From: Clostridia bacterium
GTDB taxonomy: Bacteria; Bacillota; Clostridia; Christensenellales; Borkfalkiaceae
Reading direction: 5' to 3'
Assembly: GCA_017507585.1 (NCBI GenBank)
Contig: JAFWAN010000003.1
Span: 1-60,226 of the forward strand
DNA: 60,226 nt
In this document: one piece after another, positions 28,304 to 35,883 of the stretch
Numbering within the stretch: the first letter of the stretch is position 1
Layout: every line of letters begins with the position of its first letter
Made by a program: the position numbers and the translations under genes
Notes under the pieces: generated by a model
Seen by the model: the letters and a program-made list of their open reading frames with translations, nothing else
What the model was told of the DNA's origin: nothing
Databases searched by the model: none

Positions 28304-29187
28304 TTCAGCACCTCCAAATCGACCATGTTGCCAAATATGACGTCCGCAATCGGGGTGTGCGCGGGGGTGAATAAATAATGCGCGCCGCGCGCTTCACAGT
28401 AATTTTTAATTCTGTCTACCACGAACTTAAAGGCGTCTTTATAGGCGCGTACCACGTCCTGATCGATCTTCTTACGGAAGAATCGGCTGGGGGTTTCTGA
28501 ATCGAACAAATGCATTTTACCGCGCATTTGGGGGTTGATTTCTTCACGGGAGAGGACTTGTATACAGAGCACGTCACGCTTTTGCTCGCATAAGCGGTCG
28601 ATGGCGCGTTCAAAATTCTCGTCGGTGAGAAAATCGGAGATAATGATGGACAAGCCGTCGCCTCTTCCCACGGGAGAAGGGACGATCGCCTCACTGATTT
28701 TGGCGTCGCCATCAAATTCGATTTCATTCAGTTTATTGACGCAGTTGAGGTAAGAATCTTTGCCGACGATTCCGCTGACCACCTCTTCCAATTGTCCGCC
28801 GCGCATCACGTAAATGGATACCTTGTCCATTTCGCATACGGAAAGATAGGCAAAAGCCGCCGCGATCTTAATCGCTTGCTCTGCCTTTTCCGAATCTGCG
28901 CCGTGCGCCATAGAACGGCTTGCGTCGATATAGATTTTGGTATGCATTTGCCGTTCGTCAAAATACAGCTTTTGATACAGCTTATCAAAACGCGCGTAGG
29001 CATTCCAATCTATTTTCGTTATGTCGTCGCCGGGGATGTAATCGCGGTAATCCGCAAACTCGCAGGAAGATCCGAAATTCTTCGTTTGTCGGTTTCCGCC
29101 AAACATACCGGCTACGTTATTTTTGAGGACCGTTTGCAAAGCTTCCAGCTCGCTTAAAAACGCCTCTTCGATAACAAGTTTTTTCAT
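28300..29187 (-). CDS. DUF58 domain protein (vWA-related partner of MoxR)
   Basis: FADYRDYIPGDDITKIDWNAYARFDKLY is the typical DUF58 signature (REYxPGDxxRxIDWKAxAR pattern). Confidence 0.85.
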   Translation of the reverse strand: MKKLVIEEAFLSELEALQTVLKNNVAGMFGGNRQTKNFGSSCEFADYRDYIPGDDITKIDWNAYARFDKLYQKLYFDERQMHTKIYIDASRSMAHGADSEKAEQAIKIAAAFAYLSVCEMDKVSIYVMRGGQLEEVVSGIVGKDSYLNCVNKLNEIEFDGDAKISEAIVPSPVGRGDGLSIIISDFLTDENFERAIDRLCEQKRDVLCIQVLSREEINPQMRGKMHLFDSETPSRFFRKKIDQDVVRAYKDAFKFVVDRIKNYCEARGAHYLFTPAHTPIADVIFGNMVDLEVLK

Positions 29188-29197
29188 AGGGAAGCCC

Positions 29198-30181
29198 TTA
29201 TTTCGTTTCTTTGATAATTTTTGCGATTACGTCGTCTACGCTCAATTTTTCATTGACTGCGGCGTAATTGATTTTAATTCTGTGACGGAGAATAGGGAAG
29301 GCAAGCGCTTCGATATCCTCGTAAGCTACGTTGTAACGTCCGTCCATCAACGCGCGGATTTTTGCCGCGGTGATCAAGCCTTGTGCCGCACGGGGAGAAG
29401 CGCCGTATTTGACGTATTTCTTCGTGGATGCAGGGCAGTTTTCCAATGCAGGGTGCGTGTTGGAAACCAAATTAACGGCGAACATCATAACCTCGTCGCA
29501 TACGGGTACCTTGGAGGCAAGCGTGCGCATTTCAAGGATTTCCGTACCGTTGATGACGGCCTCTGCCGTTTCTGCCATGGTGATCTGCGTCATTTTGACA
29601 ATATCCATCAATTCTTGATTGGTAGGATAATCGACAATCAGCTTGAAGAGGAAACGGTCCATTTGCGCCTCGGGAAGAGGATAGGTACCGTCCTGTTCGA
29701 TGGGGTTCTGCGTTGCCAAAACGAAGAAGGGTTCTTTAATTTTATAGGTCGATTTACCGATCGTTACCTTATGTTCCTGCATGACCTCCAACATTGCCGA
29801 TTGCGTTTTTGGGGTTGCACGGTTGATTTCGTCTGCCAATACGAGGTTGGAGAAAATGGGGCCGGGACGGAATTTCGTTTCCAATTTTCCGTTTTCGTCC
29901 TTTTCAATAACGTTGGTACCCGTTACGTCCGAAGGCATAAGGTCAGGGGTGAACTGAATGCGCGAGAAGGGCAACGACATCGTTTTGCCCAAGGCGCGTA
30001 CAAGACGTGTTTTACCAACGCCGGGTACACCTTCCAACAAGACGTTACCGCCTGCAATGATGGCGATGATGACGTTGTGGATAATATCCTTTTGACCAAC
30101 GACGTCCTTTGCCAATTCCATTTGTACTTTTGAGATTTTTTCACTGAAAATACTTACTTTTTCCATCGTAATTTCTTCCAT
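29198..30181 (-). CDS. moxR: MoxR-family AAA+ ATPase
   Basis: Walker A in LLEGVPGVGKT, Walker B in LLADEINRA, and the ATQNPIEQDGTYPLPEAQMDRF motif characteristic of the MoxR/AAA_3 family. Confidence 0.9.
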   Translation of the reverse strand: MEEITMEKVSIFSEKISKVQMELAKDVVGQKDIIHNVIIAIIAGGNVLLEGVPGVGKTRLVRALGKTMSLPFSRIQFTPDLMPSDVTGTNVIEKDENGKLETKFRPGPIFSNLVLADEINRATPKTQSAMLEVMQEHKVTIGKSTYKIKEPFFVLATQNPIEQDGTYPLPEAQMDRFLFKLIVDYPTNQELMDIVKMTQITMAETAEAVINGTEILEMRTLASKVPVCDEVMMFAVNLVSNTHPALENCPASTKKYVKYGASPRAAQGLITAAKIRALMDGRYNVAYEDIEALAFPILRHRIKINYAAVNEKLSVDDVIAKIIKETK

Positions 30182-30183
30182 TT

Positions 30184-31662
30184 TTATTTACCATCCTCTT
30201 TTTCAATACCGCTGTAAAGCAGGGAAAAATATTTTTTAATCAATTCTTTTTGTTCGTCCGAGTAATTGCCGTTATTTAACCGATCGTTCATCACGGCGTA
30301 ATATTTATTGATCAGGGTTCCATATTCGACGTAATTCCCCGTCAAGGGATCTAAAACCAAATCCTTACTGCCAAAGGTCGCGCCCTCGCCGATGCCGCCG
30401 TCGGACGGCCCTTTGTCGTTGGGTCTGTCTTCGCCTGCGCCCTGATTGTTCTGCTCTGTCAAATCGGGGCGTTCAAAGGGGGGCAGAGGTACAGGGAACA
30501 GCGTTGCCAACTTCGTCATAGTGTATTCGCCTACGTTGGTGTTGATTTTTAATTGTGAAATCACACCGTAGGTGGTTTGTGAGGCGTCGTCTAAAGCTTT
30601 GTCGATGCTTGCCAAGGCCGCTTCATAGGAAGCTGCGTTTTTGGCAATTTCCTGCTGTTGCGTTACAAACTGCGCCACCGTAATATACAAGCTGTCCGTT
30701 TGCGCAATTCTTGACTGTTGCAAGGCTACGTTGATTTTTAACACTGAAAAATCCAATTTTTGGGTCAATATTTCGACAAGCTCCGTTGCGTCGGGGGTAG
30801 GCTCGCCCTCAGCGGGTTGGTATCGAAATAGCTGTTTATATTCGGTCAATTTTTCTGCAAAATCCCCCCAATTCGGTTCTTTCCAGGTGGAGGTGTTTAA
30901 CAGCGTTGCAAAGCCTTTTGCATACGTATCCTCGCTTGCCCAAAGTGCCGTTAATATTTCCGCCGAGGAAGAGGAATCATAGGTGCAGGTGGAGATGTTT
31001 GCCATCGCCTCTGTTAAGGCTACCTGCATTTCCGGTTCGGTGGTTGCCAATTTTAAATCAGCCAACAAACCGCTAAGCGAATCGGATATTTGCGTGCGGT
31101 AGGTTTCTTCCATTGTCGAGCCGTCGACGTAGCGGATCAATTCTTCAATGCCTGCAATCTGCATTTGCGTGATCGCAAAGGGTTTGGGCGGCGGAGTTTG
31201 GTTGCGCTTATTCGGGACAAGCAACCCGCCGACAACCGCCGTTACGCCGATACAAAAAGCGGTCAAATAAATCCACAAACGCTTGATTTTGAATTTCTTG
31301 GTTGAGATTTTAGATAAGGCGTCTTCCGCGCTTTGACGCTGTAAATCCAGCAGCTCGCCTTGCTCCGTTTCGTAGGCGATCATGGTTTGCACTTTTTCCT
31401 GTAAAACAAAGCGTTCGTCTAAGCTTTCCGCCAACTGCTTGTCCGACGTGCGGAGGAAAAGGAAAAATAGGATTGCCGTTACCAAGCCCACGCCGAAGCC
31501 GATCGCCAAGGCAATGATGGGCGGGAAGGGAAGCAGCGCAAGTCTGGACAGCAATAAAGCGATGCCGCCTGTTAAACCTCCGCTTGCAAGCCCCGTCAAT
31601 ACGCTTTTTAGGATACGGGCTTTTTTTACTTTTTGTTTGAATTTTAAAAAGAGTTTACTCAT
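30184..31662 (-). CDS. Membrane protein of unknown family (first gene of the MoxR operon), 492 aa
   Basis: There are two N-terminal hydrophobic helices (LTGLASGGLTGGIALLLSRL and IIALAIGFGVGLVTAILFFLFL) and a third (WIYLTAFCIGVTAVVGGLLV), followed by a large helical soluble region. The stop lies 2 nt before the moxR ATG. Confidence 0.7.
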   Translation of the reverse strand: MSKLFLKFKQKVKKARILKSVLTGLASGGLTGGIALLLSRLALLPFPPIIALAIGFGVGLVTAILFFLFLRTSDKQLAESLDERFVLQEKVQTMIAYETEQGELLDLQRQSAEDALSKISTKKFKIKRLWIYLTAFCIGVTAVVGGLLVPNKRNQTPPPKPFAITQMQIAGIEELIRYVDGSTMEETYRTQISDSLSGLLADLKLATTEPEMQVALTEAMANISTCTYDSSSSAEILTALWASEDTYAKGFATLLNTSTWKEPNWGDFAEKLTEYKQLFRYQPAEGEPTPDATELVEILTQKLDFSVLKINVALQQSRIAQTDSLYITVAQFVTQQQEIAKNAASYEAALASIDKALDDASQTTYGVISQLKINTNVGEYTMTKLATLFPVPLPPFERPDLTEQNNQGAGEDRPNDKGPSDGGIGEGATFGSKDLVLDPLTGNYVEYGTLINKYYAVMNDRLNNGNYSDEQKELIKKYFSLLYSGIEKEDGK

Positions 31663-31733
31663 TTTATTCCTTTTGATTTGATTTCGCCGTTTTCATTGCC
31701 GGCGATTTCGTTTGTGATAGAATAATAAAACAT

Positions 31734-31762
31734 ATTATATCATACATTAGAAAATTGTGCAA
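31734..31762 (-). promoter_or_regulatory. SigA-type promoter (TTGCAC-17 nt-TATAAT) for the MoxR/vWA operon
   Basis: On the minus strand the -35 is at 31757-31762 and the -10 at 31734-31739, with exactly 17 nt between them, about 70 nt upstream of the first ATG. Confidence 0.55.
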
Positions 31763-31906
31763 CGATTTATTTACGCGCGCGCGCAATTTGTTTATAAAAT
31801 TGTGTGTAAATGCATCGACTTGGATCGTTTTGCGACAATTTTAAAAGGGAGTGTGTAAAAAAGTTCAGCGATCGTCCATTAAAAAAAACGATTTTATAAA
31901 AAATAC

Positions 31907-31935
31907 TTGAAAAAAGGGGATTTATATGGTATACT
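31907..31935 (+). promoter_or_regulatory. SigA-type promoter (TTGAAA-17 nt-TGgTATACT) for the acyltransferase gene
   Basis: -35 at 31907-31912 and -10 at 31930-31935. The TTG that the ORF track uses as a start codon is the -35 element. Confidence 0.6.
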
Positions 31936-31966
31936 AATCCTACAAATCTACGTTATGAGGAAATTT

Positions 31967-33208
31967 ATGAAAAAACAACCGAAAAGATTTGATATGTACC
32001 GTCAAGCAAATAAGCCGAAATGGTATTTAAAAATTGTCGAATTTGTCGGCGCGCCCTTTTATATGTGGTTTAACAAAGGGCACGTAAAGACGGAAAAATC
32101 GGTTAAAAAAATGAAAGGTCCCTATTTGATTTTGGCGTCGCACGCATCGTTTATGGACTTTGCCCAGATTGTTTGCGGATTGATGCCACGCACGACGGGT
32201 TGGGTAATGTCGGTAGAAGAAATGCGCCGCGGTAATTGGTTGATGTACGGCATCGGCGGTATGCCGAAACGTAAATTTACACACGATATCGTGACGGCAA
32301 AACACGTTATGCGTTATATCAAAACGTTGAAACATACCTGCACGATTTTTCCCGAGGCAAGATTTTCCTTGGCTGGCGTCAACGAACGTTTGGACGATGC
32401 GCTGGGGAAGCTGTGCAAACATTTGAAGGTCCCCGTGGTACTGTTCAAAGCAAACGGCAACTTTTTAAATTCGCCCCAATGGAAAAAACGCCCGTATAAA
32501 CGTATTCGTCAGGAGGCGGAGATATCCCTGCTGCTTACCGTGGAGGATTTGCAATCGATGACGGCGGACGAAGTGCAGGCGAAGATTGAAAAGGCGTTTG
32601 AACGTGACGAATACCGTTGGCAGGTTGAAAAGGGCTACCATATCAAATGTAAAACCCGCGCGGAGGGCTTGCACCGTATTTTGTACAAATGTCCCGCGTG
32701 CGGTCAAGAATTCAAGATGAAAACCGAGGGGATCAAGCTTTGGTGCGACGACTGCGGCGCAACCTGGGAAATGGATACCCTCAGCCGCTTGAACGGCGTC
32801 AATACGGAGGCTGGTTTCTCTCATGTCCCCGATTGGTACAACTGGGAGCGTGTAGAGGTTCGTAAAGAGGTACAGGCAGGTACGTACCATTTTGAAGACG
32901 ACGTACGTGTAGAAGATTATTACTCGACCGAAATTGGCTTTATTAACGTTGGCGACGCGCACGTGGTACACGATAAAAACGGGTTTACCTTTATGGGGAC
33001 GGTGGACGGTAAGCCGTTTACGCTCAACAAGCCCGTTTCGTCTATGTATTCGGTGCATATCGAGTACGATTTCTTGGGCCGTGGCGACGCGTTTGATATC
33101 GCGACGGAAACAACCAGTTATTTTATGTTCTTAAAGACTGCGGAAAATTATCTAACCAAAATGCATTTTGCGCAGGAAGAGCTTTACGATTATTACGTAA
33201 GAAAATAA
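31967..33208 (+). CDS. PlsC-type (lysophospholipid) acyltransferase with C-terminal extension containing a CxxC...CxxC zinc-ribbon
   Basis: HX4D motif in LILASHASFMDF, and FPEARFS (FPEG-like block). CPACGQEF...WCDDCG zinc ribbon. ATG at 31967 has GAGG 6 nt upstream. Confidence 0.7.
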   Translation: MKKQPKRFDMYRQANKPKWYLKIVEFVGAPFYMWFNKGHVKTEKSVKKMKGPYLILASHASFMDFAQIVCGLMPRTTGWVMSVEEMRRGNWLMYGIGGMPKRKFTHDIVTAKHVMRYIKTLKHTCTIFPEARFSLAGVNERLDDALGKLCKHLKVPVVLFKANGNFLNSPQWKKRPYKRIRQEAEISLLLTVEDLQSMTADEVQAKIEKAFERDEYRWQVEKGYHIKCKTRAEGLHRILYKCPACGQEFKMKTEGIKLWCDDCGATWEMDTLSRLNGVNTEAGFSHVPDWYNWERVEVRKEVQAGTYHFEDDVRVEDYYSTEIGFINVGDAHVVHDKNGFTFMGTVDGKPFTLNKPVSSMYSVHIEYDFLGRGDAFDIATETTSYFMFLKTAENYLTKMHFAQEELYDYYVRK

Positions 33209-33216
33209 AATATAAC

Positions 33217-33246
33217 AGCCCGACGGCCTTGTCGGGCTTTATTTCA
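33217..33246 (+). terminator. Rho-independent terminator
   Basis: AGCCCGAC-GGCCTT-GTCGGGCT followed by TTTATTT. Confidence 0.75.
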
Positions 33247-33274
33247 TTTGGTTTCATTTTTTACCGCACGATTG

Positions 33275-33303
33275 TTGACAAACGTTGTAAATCTTGTTAA
33301 AAT
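33275..33303 (+). promoter_or_regulatory. SigA-type promoter (TTGACA-17 nt-TAAAAT)
   Basis: -35 at 33275-33280 and -10 at 33298-33303. GGAGG RBS and the ATG at 33324 follow downstream. Confidence 0.6.
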
Positions 33304-33323
33304 AGAAAAAACGGAGGACGATT

Positions 33324-34265
33324 ATGTATTATATCGGTTTGGATATCGGTGGCACGAAATGCGCCGTGTCACTTGGTAAAATTACGGGCGATCAAATAGA
33401 AATTGTTGCGCGCAACGAAGTGAAGACCTCACCCTCGGCGGTGGATACGCTGACGGCGTTAAAGCCTTTTATAGAGGAATATAAAGCAAAAACGGGCGCA
33501 ACGCAGGCGGGGATCAGCTGCGGCGGGCCGCTTGACAGTAAAACGGGGCTCATTGTAAACCCGCCCAATTTGGCGTCGGGTTGGTACGATTTTCCGATTG
33601 TTCAATACGTAAAAGAGCATTTTGGTTTGGACGCGCGTTTACAAAACGACGCCAATGCTTGCGGCGTGGCAGAATGGATGTTCGGCGCAGGCCGCGGTAC
33701 GAAAAATATGGTATTCTTCACCTTTGGTACTGGGCTTGGCGCAGGGCTAATTTTGGACGGTAAATTGTATGCAGGCACCAACGACAATGCGGGAGAAGCA
33801 GGACATATCCGTCTTGCAAAAAACGGCCCGATCGGGTTTGGAAAACACGGTTCTTTTGAAGGTTTTTGCAGCGGCGGCGGGATTACCCGTTTGGCAAAAG
33901 AGATGGCGGCTCGTTGCAAAAAAATGCCCGCTTGCATAGAAAAGATGGGGGGCATGTCCGAGATTACGACCAAAAAATTGGCAGAGGCGGCGTTTGCGGG
34001 CGATCCGTTTGCAAAGCGTGTGTTTGCAAAATGCGGACAGATGCTTGGGCGGGGGCTTAGTATTGTCATCGACCTTTTGAACCCTGAAAAAATTGTACTT
34101 GGCGGCGTGTTTATGCGCTCGCATCAACTACTCGTTCCCACGATGAAAAAAGAGATTGAAAAGGAAGCACTTGGGCTCAGCGCGGCGGTGTGTGAAATCG
34201 TACCCGCACAGCTTAGTGAAAATATCGGAGATATCGCAGCGCTTGCGATTGCGAAAGGAGTATAA
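33324..34265 (+). CDS. ROK-family sugar kinase (glucokinase / N-acetylhexosamine-kinase-like)
   Basis: YIGLDIGGTKCAV phosphate-1 motif, plus GTGLGAGLILDGKLYAG and NAGEAGHI. The canonical CxCGxxGC zinc motif is not evident. Confidence 0.7.
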   Translation: MYYIGLDIGGTKCAVSLGKITGDQIEIVARNEVKTSPSAVDTLTALKPFIEEYKAKTGATQAGISCGGPLDSKTGLIVNPPNLASGWYDFPIVQYVKEHFGLDARLQNDANACGVAEWMFGAGRGTKNMVFFTFGTGLGAGLILDGKLYAGTNDNAGEAGHIRLAKNGPIGFGKHGSFEGFCSGGGITRLAKEMAARCKKMPACIEKMGGMSEITTKKLAEAAFAGDPFAKRVFAKCGQMLGRGLSIVIDLLNPEKIVLGGVFMRSHQLLVPTMKKEIEKEALGLSAAVCEIVPAQLSENIGDIAALAIAKGV

Positions 34266-34268
34266 ATT

Positions 34269-34907
34269 ATGAAAATGACGACACAACAAATTTTGACGGA
34301 AACGATGGAAAGACATCCTGCCTTGGTGGGATGCAAAGAAGATATTTTGGCGGTCTATGAAACCTTGCGCGCTTGCTTTGCGGAGGGACATCGCTTGTAC
34401 CTTTGCGGCAACGGCGGCAGCGCGGCGGATTGCGAGCATATCGCAGGGGAATTGTTAAAGAGTTTTAAAAAGTGTCGTCCCATTCAAGGCGAGTATGCAG
34501 AAGCATTAAAAATGCAAGGAGAGCGGGGGCAGGTATTGGTTGAACAGTTAGAAAGGGGCTTACCTGCGGTATCTTTATGCGGACATATTGCCTTTTCTAC
34601 GGCCTTCCAAAACGACCGTGATCCTATGTTCGTGTTTGCGCAGCAGGTAAACGCTTGGGGAGAAGAGGGTGACGTATTATTGACCCTTTCTACTTCGGGA
34701 AACTCGAAAAATTGTTTGTATGCAACCACGGTGGCGAAAGCAAAAAAAATGAAGGTTACGGCGTTGTTGGGCGGTACAGGCGGCTTATTGAAGGAGGCGG
34801 CAGACTGTTCCGTGGTCGTACCTGAAAAAGAAACCTTTAAGGTGCAGGAATTGCATTTACCCGTATATCATTGCCTTTGCGCGATGCTGGAAGAAGAATT
34901 TTTCTAA
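34269..34907 (+). CDS. SIS-domain protein, phosphoheptose-isomerase (GmhA/DiaA)-like
   Basis: LCGNGGSAADCEHIAGEL and LSTSGNSKN motifs. The start lies 3 nt after the ROK stop, with AGGAG inside the ROK 3' end. Confidence 0.75.
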   Translation: MKMTTQQILTETMERHPALVGCKEDILAVYETLRACFAEGHRLYLCGNGGSAADCEHIAGELLKSFKKCRPIQGEYAEALKMQGERGQVLVEQLERGLPAVSLCGHIAFSTAFQNDRDPMFVFAQQVNAWGEEGDVLLTLSTSGNSKNCLYATTVAKAKKMKVTALLGGTGGLLKEAADCSVVVPEKETFKVQELHLPVYHCLCAMLEEEFF

Positions 34908-34924
34908 GCAGTAAAAAACGTTTT

Positions 34925-34959
34925 CCCCGGAAGAAATTTTCTTTCGGGGTTGATTTTTT
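34925..34959 (+). terminator. Rho-independent terminator
   Basis: CCCCGGAAGAA-loop-TTCTTTCGGGG followed by TTGATTTTTT. Confidence 0.7.
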
Positions 34960-34978
34960 ATACGGGATGTGTTATACT
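34950..34978 (+). promoter_or_regulatory. SigA-type promoter (TTGATT-17 nt-TGtTATACT)
   Basis: -35 at 34950-34955 and -10 at 34973-34978 with an upstream TG. It argues for the ATG at 34997 rather than the ORF-track start at 34871. Confidence 0.55.
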
Positions 34979-34996
34979 GTAGATAAGGAGAAGATT

Positions 34997-35863
34997 ATGG
35001 TTGATTGTATCATCGTAGGCAGTGGCGTTGCAGGGATTTCTGCGGCGCTTACTTTACAGGCAAATAGAAAAACTTTTCTGATTTTCGGTTCAAAATCGTT
35101 GAGCGAAAAGATTGAGAAAGCGGAAAAAATTCACAATTATCCTGGGCTTTCCGACGTGTCGGGAAAAGAATTTATCGCGGCGTTGCAAACGCAATTGTCC
35201 GATGCAAAAATCGAGGTGAATGAGGAAAAGGTGGCAGGCGTGTACGCGTTGAAAGAGGGATTTACCCTTTTAACGCAGGGCGGCGAGCAATATCAAAGCC
35301 GCGCGGTAATCCTTGCCTGTGGCGTGGAAAGTGTGAAACAAATCGAGGGCGAGGAGAGCTTTGTGGGGCGTGGGGTCAGTTACTGCGCGACCTGCGACGG
35401 TTTCTTGTATAAGGACAAGACGATTGCGGTTGTTTGTACCACGAAACGTTTAGAACACGAAATCGGGTACCTTGCGGATTTTGCGGAAAAGGTATATTTA
35501 ATTCCTATGTATAAAAACGTGGAAATCGAGCGTGAAAATATCACCGTAATACGAAAAATGCCTGCGAAAATAGAAGGGAATTTGCGTGTAGAGAATTTGG
35601 CGTTTGCCTCGGCTCCTGCGGAAAATATCCCTGAGAAGTTGCCCGTAAACGGCGTATTTATGTTGCGGGAAAGTGTCTCGCCCGCGATTTTAATGGGCGG
35701 CTTACAGACGGAAAACGGACACGTGATTGTGGGCAGGGATATGTCGACCAATATTACGGGTTGCTTTGCGGCTGGGGATTGTACGGGCAGACCGTATCAG
35801 TATGCAAAGGCAGTGGGCGAGGGGAACGTTGCGGCGCATAGCGTCAGTGAATTTTTGAAATAA
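34997..35863 (+). CDS. Low-Mr thioredoxin-reductase-like flavoprotein lacking the NADPH-binding motifs
   Basis: FAD-binding GxGxxG in IIVGSGVAGISAA. Redox CATC in SYCATCDGF. GD motif in CFAAGDCTG. At the position of the second GxGxxA/HRR motifs the sequence reads IAVVCTTKRL ... LIPMYKN. Confidence 0.8.
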   Translation: MVDCIIVGSGVAGISAALTLQANRKTFLIFGSKSLSEKIEKAEKIHNYPGLSDVSGKEFIAALQTQLSDAKIEVNEEKVAGVYALKEGFTLLTQGGEQYQSRAVILACGVESVKQIEGEESFVGRGVSYCATCDGFLYKDKTIAVVCTTKRLEHEIGYLADFAEKVYLIPMYKNVEIERENITVIRKMPAKIEGNLRVENLAFASAPAENIPEKLPVNGVFMLRESVSPAILMGGLQTENGHVIVGRDMSTNITGCFAAGDCTGRPYQYAKAVGEGNVAAHSVSEFLK

Positions 35864-35883
35864 TTTGTCTACGGAGGCGAACT

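Noticed and set aside
29123-30133. 336-aa ORF antisense to the MoxR ATPase gene
   Set aside because: It is fully contained in the moxR coding region and has an Arg/Phe/Cys-rich composition with no motifs. The sense strand carries unambiguous Walker A/B and MoxR signatures.
31774-31784. Alternating CGCGCGCGCGC tract in the divergent promoter region (possible Z-DNA or operator)
   Set aside because: It is only 11 nt, a single occurrence, not a perfect palindrome with its flanks, and not positioned over either promoter's hexamers. That is too weak to call a regulatory site.
31907-31966. N-terminal extension of the acyltransferase ORF starting at TTG 31907
   Set aside because: That TTG is the first base of a TTGAAA -35 hexamer, with a TGgTATACT extended -10 lying 17 nt downstream. 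The ATG at 31967 has a properly spaced GAGG.
34871-34996. Long 5' extensions in the ORF track. The ORF-track starts concerned are 34871, 16812, 11630, 42395, 45662, 46500, 53066 and 58628.
   Set aside because: In each case the extension overlaps the preceding gene, a terminator hairpin or a promoter hexamer. In each case an internal ATG with a good Shine-Dalgarno aligns with the conserved N-terminus of the family. The internal ATGs are at 34997, 16863, 11648, 42503, 45722, 46566, 53093 and 58826.
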